Positions 10,001-17,123 of a stretch of 25,052 bases of DNA are shown here, piece after piece. Both the position numbers and the translations under genes were made by a program. Under the pieces are notes generated by a model, which was given only the letters and a program-made list of their open reading frames with translations, was not told the DNA's origin and searched no databases. The stretch spans positions 1 through 25,052 of IMG/VR virus record IMGVR_UViG_3300017722_002131. One strand, written 5' to 3'. Origin of the DNA: a virus. Lineage: Duplodnaviria; Caudoviricetes. The first letter of the stretch is position 1. The number at the start of each line of letters is the position of its first letter.

Positions 10001-10523
10001 ATGCTTTATTAAGTAATGCTACCTGATCTTGGTATGTTTGGCTTTGACCTCCAAGCTGAGCAGTAATTTCTTCTAATGTACTTAATTCTTGATCAGTAGC
10101 TATACCTGTTTTTTTTCTTTCTTCTAATAACTGTTTTGATAATTTTAAATCAGCAAATGCTAGTTGATTTTTTTGTTTTAATAATCTAATATCTTTTGTT
10201 GATAATTCTGAAATACCCTGTGATGAGTATCTTAATTTGTCGGAAATATCTTTTAATTTATCAAGACTACCACTTGCTAATTTATATCCTTGATTAGTTT
10301 TACCTACTTGTTCAGATATATTTCTCCATTGTGTAGATAAACCCTCAATTGAACCTTCAGTATCTTTAACAAGATCTCTAGCTCTAATTAATTCTTCTGT
10401 TAATTTAGCAATACCTGAAAAGTCAAAATTTACCTTAACCGCTTCTTCTCCAAGTTGTTTTTTGAGTTTATTTAATTCATCTAACTCTTTTTTAAATTTT
10501 GCTTTATCGTAATTTTCAGCCAT
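7023..10523 (-). CDS. Tail tape measure protein, 1166 aa
   Basis: Long helical Ala/Gly/Lys/Leu-rich protein with amphipathic repeats and hydrophobic Gly-rich segments. Directly downstream of the tube and chaperone genes. Confidence 0.9.
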   Translation of the reverse strand: MAENYDKAKFKKELDELNKLKKQLGEEAVKVNFDFSGIAKLTEELIRARDLVKDTEGSIEGLSTQWRNISEQVGKTNQGYKLASGSLDKLKDISDKLRYSSQGISELSTKDIRLLKQKNQLAFADLKLSKQLLEERKKTGIATDQELSTLEEITAQLGGQSQTYQDQVALLNKAYKEQKRLETAQGLTGSILKGSNKILEKMGVNSDVLSEAFESASAAAESMAKRVTKGGTQAAGLSGKFRVAGAAIGALGKSLAKNLLDPLVIAGGLIKGIKGLFKGIVGGIKSIFGKIKGFLEEQFERGKNAARTFSEEIQGLARGLALTQQGASQLMSSIAGLGPTASSSKSAIEGIYSAMDSTEQLSANTLKTFIGLSTYAGYSADSLAEVQKMAKLTGQDAGVVADEINETAAGLIKQNKVATSVRSVFQDVAKVSNNTKLAFGNSTKAITAAVVQAKQLGINIDDVISKSKGFLDLEQSISAEQELQALTGKEVNLDKLRYAALTRDATGMSAELGKIVKDLGPDAKNNAVVFQQLAEATQMSEEELSNMLNASKTMKTVGKDLNENAKKGADFRKGAATQAEIEEEKERKKNASGLGFFKTIFPLYQKFEHLTVSISKKFSDFFGSKFKSWFGDPKTKKGLDELAHTVEGFVDKLVADGGLLSTIFNKIFGAGKSVGDTAIGKIGHLLEPGGAIYDGIDKLNKWLNTSKSSEPGFFSKMWGYIQDIKNSQFFKDLKEGAIMAGKGLVTAFTFISKIMDNPIMSPLVKVLGGLIAGKAILKFTGLDKIFGFGKDLLSGGKRGNTTDKPLYVEDINASGGGGSEITDLLGDKGRASLSKQLTTLFKKPSVMFRALAMKGGKFGKLIGKAGLAIGKFGSKLSPLFSKLGGIFGRLGSSIMNVAKNIGGYFKNIVGKIGSGLAGAAKSIFSGAKNLLSKAASGGKGLLSKAGGFLGDLGSKALSGVKSVGKGIVNVASKLNPMKLLKDGLIGKAGKFIGKAVKGGGLLSALFGAADIASVLADSKMNSLDKAKKIIPSAAGTIGGIIGSVAGSVLGPLGTFGGGYLGQLAGQFIGESKPIQEALAPPLAKALSGDEVAADFVMQGGKVQRFRKDDIVLGGTSLLGGGGNKGGDGRVVQLLERLVSAVEKGGNVYIDGNKVGVAIARSNYRTQ

Positions 10524-10539
10524 TAATCAAAGTATTTAT

Positions 10540-10548
10540 TATAAATAT
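10540..10548 (-). promoter_or_regulatory. Putative late-promoter motif ATATTTATA
   Basis: 16 nt upstream of the tape-measure ATG. Confidence 0.55.
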
Positions 10549-10556
10549 TTAATAAT

Positions 10557-10871
10557 CTATTTTTTTGCCTGATTAATGGCTTGTTTAGCTGCTGATGGGT
10601 CAATGAAATCTATAGGTGTATAACTGGTTCTACCATCGGATGATGGGTTTGTATCTTTTTTATTTTGTTTATCGTAGAATTTTTCCAATTCGGAATAAGT
10701 AAATTTCCTTAACCATATAGGCATGTTATATACAGTATCGTGGTCATAACCACCTTTACCGTGAAATACTATTTCGTGGATTTCTTTAAATAAACCAAAT
10801 CTATCCTCAGGCGTCAGGCCAAAAAAAGTTAATAGTGATAGGAATTTCGATGTCCTCCTCAACACCATCAA
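10557..10871 (-). CDS. Tail/baseplate assembly chaperone C-terminal part (T4 gp51-like), probably expressed by frameshift from the upstream gene
   Basis: HEIVFHGKGGYDHDTVYNMPIWLRKF resembles the gp51-type MxxWxR helix motif. Overlaps the upstream ORF by 65 nt, and its annotated N-terminus looks like a shadow of that gene. Confidence 0.7.
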   Translation of the reverse strand: MMVLRRTSKFLSLLTFFGLTPEDRFGLFKEIHEIVFHGKGGYDHDTVYNMPIWLRKFTYSELEKFYDKQNKKDTNPSSDGRTSYTPIDFIDPSAAKQAINQAKK

Positions 10872-11586
10872 CGTTAACGTATTTAAATTTGGTTATAACG
10901 TCGGGTTGCGTTTTTCTAATATAATCACGCAAAGCCCTAGAGTCAGGCGCTAATAGATAATTATCTACGAAATCACGGATGGTTTTCTTATCGTAATCAC
11001 CATTAATAGACAATATAATATATTTCAAACGAGTAGTTAATTCGGGGGATAAATTTTTATTAATTTTTTTAATACCCGCTAATTCATTTTCTATATCTTT
11101 TTCGTCTTTATTAGTTAATAATTTAAATGTAATTTCATTACCTGATTTGGGTAATATAAATTTGAATTCATTTTTATTAGAAGTTAATAAATTTGATTCA
11201 TCTAATTCCTGAGATTCTAATTCACTTAAATCAACTGTTTGTTCTTCTCCATCATACGTAAAGTTATAGTCTTTACCATAACCTAAAATACGAGCAGCAA
11301 TCATAATAGCATTTTTATCTCCAATCAATAAATCATTATAATCAATTTTTGTTAAAATTAATGATTGAAGAAGTTTATCTAATACAACTCCTTGTCTAAT
11401 AAAATTTTGGTTTGTTAAAATATCTTCTTCTCGTGCGGTCATATATTTCATCTCAATTTCTCCTTTAGATAAAGGACTAGTAGATGGATAAAGAAGACCC
11501 TTTGAAGGTAATTTAACTACTTCGGAAGGAAATTTAAATTTTGAAACGGTTTCTGTAGAATCGTTTGTTTCTTTTTGTTTTGTCAT
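10807..11586 (-). CDS. Baseplate hub/tail assembly chaperone (T4 gp26-like), 259 aa
   Basis: VKLPSKG...MKYMTAREEDIL...LLIGDKNAIMIAARILGYG, a second LPKSG...FKLLT repeat, and a terminal FF. Located between the tube and tape-measure genes. Confidence 0.8.
   Translation of the reverse strand: MTKQKETNDSTETVSKFKFPSEVVKLPSKGLLYPSTSPLSKGEIEMKYMTAREEDILTNQNFIRQGVVLDKLLQSLILTKIDYNDLLIGDKNAIMIAARILGYGKDYNFTYDGEEQTVDLSELESQELDESNLLTSNKNEFKFILPKSGNEITFKLLTNKDEKDIENELAGIKKINKNLSPELTTRLKYIILSINGDYDKKTIRDFVDNYLLAPDSRALRDYIRKTQPDVITKFKYVNVDGVEEDIEIPITINFFWPDA
10819..10830 (-). other. Candidate programmed ribosomal frameshift site AAC-UUU-UUU-UGG (+1 or -2)
   Basis: U7 run at 10827-10821, a few codons before the stop of the 259-aa gene. 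The +1 frame continues FF-GLTPEDRF... into the gp51-like ORF. Confidence 0.65.
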
Positions 11587-11620
11587 AAATTACTATTTTT
11601 AAGATAACTTTTGTGTCGTA

Positions 11621-11629
11621 TATAAATAT
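11621..11629 (-). promoter_or_regulatory. Putative late-promoter motif ATATTTATA
   Basis: Immediately after the tube-gene terminator, 34 nt upstream of the ATG at 11586. Confidence 0.55.
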
Positions 11630-11634
11630 ATGAG

Positions 11635-11669
11635 AAAAAAAGTAGCTCGCAAAAAATGCGAGCTCTTTT
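11635..11669 (-). terminator. Intrinsic terminator downstream of the tail tube gene
   Basis: Perfect 8-bp stem AGCTCGCA (11644-11651)/TGCGAGCT (11657-11664) with a 5-nt loop. U7 tract follows on the minus strand and a short U4 on the plus strand. Confidence 0.85.
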
Positions 11670-11687
11670 GATTTTTCTTTTTATTGA

Positions 11688-12176
11688 TTAGAAGTTCAAT
11701 ACACAATAATCCATACCTAACACCATAGATATATTTTGTGCTTCAGCTTCTGTATCCCAGTTAAATTCACCGAAATCGGCTGATTTAATAAAGGCACCTT
11801 TAACAACCCATTCAGAAATAATATCACCTACAGGACCTAATACGTTGAGAGTTAAATCTTTCTTATACATATCCGAATAACCATCACGTCCTGTTACTGA
11901 TTCATGGTGTAAACGTACCCATTCCATTACTGCTTGAGCGCCTGAGGGAGTAATAGGGTCAAACAGGGTGAATGTTAAATCGTTCCACTTTAATTTACCT
12001 TTAATTTTACGGTAAACGTTTATATGGTTTAATACGATTTCTTCTTGTGAAAAACCCATACCGCTTACTCCTTTGATTATGTAAGCAGGAATACCGTCCA
12101 CATAAAGAATAAATCTGTTCTTTAATTTGGGTTCAAACGCGGTAAAAAATATTTGATTTGGATCTAAGATTGCCAT
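11688..12176 (-). CDS. Tail tube protein (T4 gp19-like), 162 aa
   Basis: FEPKLKNRF...KGKLKWNDLTFTL...VMEW...YKKDLTL...W.VKGAF motifs. Directly follows the sheath gene. Confidence 0.92.
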   Translation of the reverse strand: MAILDPNQIFFTAFEPKLKNRFILYVDGIPAYIIKGVSGMGFSQEEIVLNHINVYRKIKGKLKWNDLTFTLFDPITPSGAQAVMEWVRLHHESVTGRDGYSDMYKKDLTLNVLGPVGDIISEWVVKGAFIKSADFGEFNWDTEAEAQNISMVLGMDYCVLNF

Positions 12177-12202
12177 TTTTTATTTATTTATTTTTGTTTT
12201 GT

Positions 12203-12211
12203 TATAAATAT
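12203..12211 (-). promoter_or_regulatory. Putative late-promoter motif ATATTTATA
   Basis: 26 nt upstream of the tube ATG, followed by an A-rich leader. Confidence 0.6.
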
Positions 12212-12227
12212 TCTATCCTTTAAAAAA

Positions 12228-13958
12228 TTAACCTGGGAATGTTGCGCCTGTAGGAGTAACGTTGAAATCCAAGTAAATAAATTCAGCTGTTTTGGTCGGT
12301 TGTAAGTAAATTTGACCAATTAACTGATTTCTATCAATTGTTTCAGCGTTGTTGTTTGAATCATCCATAATTACTTTAAAAGCATACAAACCTTGTTGTT
12401 GTTGTACTGATTGTAAGTATGGGTTAACTGCTGCTACGAAGTTTTGACGAGTTGCGATTGTATTTTGTTCAAATACTAAGTTATTAGCAATTTCACTAAT
12501 TCTAGTTTTAAGAGCAATTAACAAACGACGAACGTTTACACGATCAAGAGCAGACGATTTAGTTTGTAATGTCTTTTGACCATATACTACAACTCCAGTT
12601 CCCGGGAATGTTGCAATTGGGTTAACTTTATTTTGATATAAATTATTTCTATCTGTTTGAGTTAATTTCTTTTCTGCCCTAACAGCATTTAAAATTCCAC
12701 CACGATTTAAACCAGCAGGTGCAAACCAAGGAGCAGCAATAGTATCGTTTTGAACATATACTGAAGGAATCATTGTTGAAGCAGGTACCCAAGTAAATTC
12801 ACCAGTGATAGGATCTACTGTTTGAATCCAAGGCCAATAAGTAGCAGCATAAGAAGTATCTACTGAATTAGCAGTGTTTGTTGATGATGCAACTGTTCCG
12901 CCATAAAGTTCAGTATCAATTACTGCAATTGCATCTCCACGGTTTTGAGTATTGTTGATTAAATTAGTTAATTGAGCTTTACCGTTTGCATTACCATAAG
13001 TTAAACCAGGAACTGCAATCACGTTATAAGCATATTCATCAGCATTTGACATTAAAGTAATTGCTGTTGAATAGTTAGCAGCTGTAAATCCTTGAATGTT
13101 ACTGTCTGTAATATAATTGTAATAATTAGCGGCTGCTGAACCTGAAATTTCACCTAATGCTGAACCAAAAGTACCACTAATATTTAAAGGGATAGAAGCT
13201 GTGTAAGCATTAGAAGCAACAGTACCTACGTTATTAAAGTAGTTTGGAGTTTTCTGTGCTACGGAAGCTACGGTTACATAATTACTTCTGTTAGGATAGT
13301 TTCCATTAGTATTAATGTATAAATTATCTGAAGAAGTAGAAAATGTTTGGTTACCAATTACTTTTTCAATGTAGTTAGCTTGAGTAGGGTCTAATGATAA
13401 GTTGGGCCAAGTTTCTAATACTGTAGGAACAGGTGCTGTATCGTTACCTTGTCTAATTAATAAAGTAAAAGTACCTGAAGCGGTATTAGCGTTAACAATT
13501 TGCCAACGAATATTATCTTTAGTACCATTTACTAATGAACCACTAACTCCTTCTGAACCCGTACTGTTTTGATTTGAGCCCCAACTTAAAGTTTGTAAAG
13601 TAAATGAAGCTGAGGTTGGGTTAAGAAAACTTCCAATTGTTGATGCTGAACCAGAAGTAACAGCAGGGGCAAAAGCACCTGAAGCAATTCTAGTTACCCA
13701 TAAGCTGGTTCCACCATTTTGGAAATAATTGTAAGCAGCGGTAGATGTAAGAAAAGTATATTGACTTGACCCGCTAATAAAACTACCTCCAAAAAAAGTT
13801 AAATACTCAGTATAACTGGTAATTCGTTTTGGAATATAAGGTTGACCTTTTACAGTAGGACCTATAATTGCTGCTCCAATTGCAGCAGGTATATTGGAGG
13901 TAACTGTTAAATCGTTTTCTCTTGCTAGTACGCCTGGAGATAAAAGTGTTTCTGCCAT
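12228..13958 (-). CDS. Contractile tail sheath protein, 576 aa
   Basis: LSPGVLAREND start, YWPWI, PWFAPAGLNRG, YGQKTL, RVNVRRLL, VFEQN, PTKTAEFI. Confidence 0.97.
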   Translation of the reverse strand: MAETLLSPGVLARENDLTVTSNIPAAIGAAIIGPTVKGQPYIPKRITSYTEYLTFFGGSFISGSSQYTFLTSTAAYNYFQNGGTSLWVTRIASGAFAPAVTSGSASTIGSFLNPTSASFTLQTLSWGSNQNSTGSEGVSGSLVNGTKDNIRWQIVNANTASGTFTLLIRQGNDTAPVPTVLETWPNLSLDPTQANYIEKVIGNQTFSTSSDNLYINTNGNYPNRSNYVTVASVAQKTPNYFNNVGTVASNAYTASIPLNISGTFGSALGEISGSAAANYYNYITDSNIQGFTAANYSTAITLMSNADEYAYNVIAVPGLTYGNANGKAQLTNLINNTQNRGDAIAVIDTELYGGTVASSTNTANSVDTSYAATYWPWIQTVDPITGEFTWVPASTMIPSVYVQNDTIAAPWFAPAGLNRGGILNAVRAEKKLTQTDRNNLYQNKVNPIATFPGTGVVVYGQKTLQTKSSALDRVNVRRLLIALKTRISEIANNLVFEQNTIATRQNFVAAVNPYLQSVQQQQGLYAFKVIMDDSNNNAETIDRNQLIGQIYLQPTKTAEFIYLDFNVTPTGATFPG

Positions 13959-13979
13959 TTCTAATTTATTTTATTTGTT

Positions 13980-13988
13980 TATAAATAT
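13980..13988 (-). promoter_or_regulatory. Putative late-promoter motif ATATTTATA
   Basis: 21 nt upstream of the sheath ATG. A second core ATATTTAT lies at 14047-14054. Confidence 0.6.
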
Positions 13989-14073
13989 GTTAAAATTGTT
14001 CAAAAGTTCATTTAGAAAAACTTATTTAACAGAAACCTTTACAATAATAAATATACCAAAAAAACTAAAAATA

Positions 14074-14979
14074 TTAGTTTTCGTTAATGTTTATTAAATA
14101 CCATCCTACTGCTGGGAAAATAGTTCCTGATGGTGTATTAACATATTGGAATGTTAAGTTACGAGGAGTATTAATTCCTAAAGTATTAAGAAGGGCACTA
14201 CTATTAGGAAGTACTACATTATTATTAGTTGTATAAATAGAAACACCTATAGAAGAAGTTATACTTATAGTAGGTTGACCACCTCCAGCAATAGAAAGAT
14301 AACCAGATTGTTTCCAATCAGGTGTAAAATTTACTATTTGACCATTATTACCTGTACCAAAAGCTAATGATAATTCATTAGAAGTTCCTTGTGATTGAGA
14401 AACGTATACATTATAAGGAGTATTTAAATTTATAGGATAAGCTCCAGCTGATGAGGAATATGTTACATCATTTATTCCTATATAAGTAAAAGTTACGTTG
14501 GTTGCGGTTGTAGCTGTAGTAGCAACATTAGCATAGTTAGCATAAGATGCTGTTCCATAAAAATCAGGAGTTGAACCATTATTTGAACCTGAAATTTTAG
14601 AGGCATATAAAGTATCAGTTGAAGGATTATAATATAATCCCGAACCATCGGAACCTGAATCAAAACGAGGTTGAGCATATCCGTCAGCATTAGGATTTGG
14701 TAAACCACTTTCAGCAGCAAATAATAATCTAAAATTTTGGTTAGTAGTAGCATTATTAGTAACTTTTACAGATTGTGCTACACTACTTGTAGCTGCTGTA
14801 CCTAATAAACTACCTGTAAATCCATCTTTAGATTTTACAGAACCAGTTAATGTTAATGAACCAGAAATGGTTATATCGTAAGCAACAGTACCTGTTAACG
14901 CATCAACGGATTGTGTTACATGCCATGCTTGAATTGTACTATTAGTTGTTATACCTGTTTTAGAAAGGGTTTGTGCCAT
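14074..14979 (-). CDS. Fibre-like virion structural protein, Ser/Thr/Gly/Asn-rich (301 aa)
   Basis: ITISGSLTLTGS, FTGSLLGTA, LYYNPSTDTL and FYGTASYA are beta-fibre-like motifs. Very few charged residues. Confidence 0.6.
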   Translation of the reverse strand: MAQTLSKTGITTNSTIQAWHVTQSVDALTGTVAYDITISGSLTLTGSVKSKDGFTGSLLGTAATSSVAQSVKVTNNATTNQNFRLLFAAESGLPNPNADGYAQPRFDSGSDGSGLYYNPSTDTLYASKISGSNNGSTPDFYGTASYANYANVATTATTATNVTFTYIGINDVTYSSSAGAYPINLNTPYNVYVSQSQGTSNELSLAFGTGNNGQIVNFTPDWKQSGYLSIAGGGQPTISITSSIGVSIYTTNNNVVLPNSSALLNTLGINTPRNLTFQYVNTPSGTIFPAVGWYLININEN

Positions 14980-14980
14980 A

Positions 14981-16186
14981 TCATGAATAAATATTCAGGA
15001 ATTTATTAATTGACACAATTACTTGATCAGGTTTTATAGTTTTTGTACATTCAAAATGTCTTGGTGTATCTTTATGTTCAGGACACCATTCCCAATCACC
15101 AGGATTTAACCAATGGGTATTAAAACATCCTCTACATACATTAGGATCTGAATTGAATATTCTTTCACAATCTTGGAATTCAGTATATGGTTCACTAAAT
15201 CCGGAAATTAAAATAGTTGGGGTATTTAAAGCCCAAGATAACCAACTCATTCCACTACCAACACCAATAAAAGCATCAGCATATTTAATATCAACCATTC
15301 TGTTTTCTAATGGAAAATCACCTGTTTTATCTATAACATTTTTTAATGTTCCACCTAGTTTAGAATCATGCCACTTATCACCTAAAGGTTCTTGTGTAAT
15401 CATAACTACTTTATAACCTTTTTCGTTTAAATAATCAATAACTGTTTGCCATCCTTTAGGATACATCCAATACTTGGCATGAGCCGAGGCATGAGGAGCA
15501 ATTACAACGTATTTACCCTCTATTTGTTTACCTCTATCTTTAAAATTAACAATAGGTTTTACTTCAGTAAAAGGTAATCCTAAAATATCTGTGGAAGTTT
15601 GTTGTAAGGGAATATCTTTAAATTCACGAGGGTGTTTATTTTCAACTCGCTTATTATTTTCGTCATAAAACCAACCAACACAATACATAGCATATAAATC
15701 ATGTACTCTAGTTCCTGGTTTTACGAATTCAATTTCAGGATATTTACTTTCAAACCAATCATTGTGATGGGTTGAACATATTACTTTACATTTATGTTTT
15801 TTTCTAAATTCCTCAATATAAGGAAACCATGCTAATGTATCACCTAAAGCTCCTGAATCTAGACACAAAAATACTCTTTTACCTTCGGCATTATATTTGT
15901 GTTCAAATTCTAAGTTGCCTGTAGATTTTTCAAATGCTTGAATTTTATAATTAACAAAATACTCTTTAGGAACCTTAGTCCACATATTATTATTAATAGT
16001 AGTTTGCCAAATTAATTCATCATTATCTTGGTTAATAAATTTAACCAAATATTCTTTATCATAACTTCCAGTAATTTCTAAAAAAGCACATTGTACAAAA
16101 TGTACGAAAAAATTATTACTAGGTTTTTTAGGTTCAATACCTAATTTTGTTGTGTTGTTGTATTCTTTAATTAGTATATCTTTCAT
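14981..16186 (-). CDS. TibC/Aah-like (BAHT family) protein O-heptosyltransferase homologue, 401 aa
   Basis: N-terminal beta domain ending EYFVNYKI; GALGDTLAWFPY (catalytic Asp equivalent D116); HAKYW...GW; FIGVGSGMSWLSWA; ISGFS; iron-finger cysteines C351, C354, C368, C380 in CRGC...WCPEHKDTPRHFECTKTI. Confidence 0.9.
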   Translation of the reverse strand: MKDILIKEYNNTTKLGIEPKKPSNNFFVHFVQCAFLEITGSYDKEYLVKFINQDNDELIWQTTINNNMWTKVPKEYFVNYKIQAFEKSTGNLEFEHKYNAEGKRVFLCLDSGALGDTLAWFPYIEEFRKKHKCKVICSTHHNDWFESKYPEIEFVKPGTRVHDLYAMYCVGWFYDENNKRVENKHPREFKDIPLQQTSTDILGLPFTEVKPIVNFKDRGKQIEGKYVVIAPHASAHAKYWMYPKGWQTVIDYLNEKGYKVVMITQEPLGDKWHDSKLGGTLKNVIDKTGDFPLENRMVDIKYADAFIGVGSGMSWLSWALNTPTILISGFSEPYTEFQDCERIFNSDPNVCRGCFNTHWLNPGDWEWCPEHKDTPRHFECTKTIKPDQVIVSINKFLNIYS

Positions 16187-17123
16187 ATATTTTTAATAAC
16201 TCTTTTGAACGATTAAACCAAGATAAAGATTCAGCATGTCCTCTAGCTCGTTGTCTATAAGAATCATAATTGCTAACAATATCATCTATACCTCTTAGTA
16301 ATTCAAAGAAATCACGAGGTGCTCTCCACATACCAAAAAAATCAGTTTCCAATTCAATCCAACCATTAATAGGTAAACCACAAGCGGCGGCCTCTAATAT
16401 TGTTAAATTAGGATGACCAGCTTCTAATTCACTAGGATGCATAAATATGGTATGATTTTGATATAATTTTACTAAATCGTCTTGACTTGGTTCAAACACA
16501 ATATCTAATCTAGGATAAGCTAATGTCCAAGGATTTTCATTAAAAAAATTCCTATTATTCCAAGGACCAGCAACTGTTATAGGAAATCCTTTTTGTGCAG
16601 CAGCAGCAATAGCTAATCCAAATCCTTTTCTATCGTGTGAACCATAACCTCCTAATCCATTATTAGCTAAACATAATAATCTGTGTTCTTCTAAGGGTGT
16701 TTCTCTTGGTACAAAAAAATCGGTATTAACACCGTGAGAAAAATATTCTACTTTATCTGTATCAAAATAATTTACTAAATAACGAGCAGGAACTAAAGAT
16801 ACAAGTGAATTTTCCATTGCTTGTAAATTTTCTTTATATACCTGAGATTCTTTACCATAGTAATAAGCGTGATGGTCATGGAATTGAAATATGTAAGGAA
16901 TATTTCTTGCATGTAATCTATTTGCTAAATTAGCAACATGTACCATTACAATGTCGTATTGGCAATATTGGCCTGAATGGATTTCTTCTTCGTATTTAAT
17001 ATCTACTTCGTGTCCTAATTTTTCTAAATTACATTTAAATTCCCATACTATTTTTTCAATAGCTCCCCAAGATGGTGGTGGAATTTGGATTCCACAATTT
17101 GGATGGACTTGACAAATTTTCAT
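16167..17123 (-). CDS. GT4-family (GT-B) glycosyltransferase, 318 aa
   Basis: IPPPSWGAIEK N-terminal loop, HGVNTDFF, DRKGFGL, HPSELEAGHPNLTILEAAACGLP. Confidence 0.88.
   Translation of the reverse strand: MKICQVHPNCGIQIPPPSWGAIEKIVWEFKCNLEKLGHEVDIKYEEEIHSGQYCQYDIVMVHVANLANRLHARNIPYIFQFHDHHAYYYGKESQVYKENLQAMENSLVSLVPARYLVNYFDTDKVEYFSHGVNTDFFVPRETPLEEHRLLCLANNGLGGYGSHDRKGFGLAIAAAAQKGFPITVAGPWNNRNFFNENPWTLAYPRLDIVFEPSQDDLVKLYQNHTIFMHPSELEAGHPNLTILEAAACGLPINGWIELETDFFGMWRAPRDFFELLRGIDDIVSNYDSYRQRARGHAESLSWFNRSKELLKIYERYTN

Noticed and set aside
10854-10860. GAGGAGG Shine-Dalgarno-like sequence upstream of the slippery site
   Set aside because: It lies 26 nt from the U-run, too far for known SD-stimulated frameshifting. 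It is explained by Glu-Glu-Asp codons, and other genes here lack SD motifs.
12228-13958. Bacterial extracellular contractile injection system or tailocin instead of a phage
   Set aside because: The long tape measure, gp26-like chaperone, S74 fibre, phage-type polymerase and absence of host genes or an Afp15-like ATPase favour a phage, although no capsid gene is in the window.
13894-14097. Plus-strand 67-aa ORF and a weak TGTTAAA/TTTAACA inverted repeat in the sheath upstream region
   Set aside because: The ORF overlaps two real genes antisense. The inverted repeat is short, AT-only and expected by chance.
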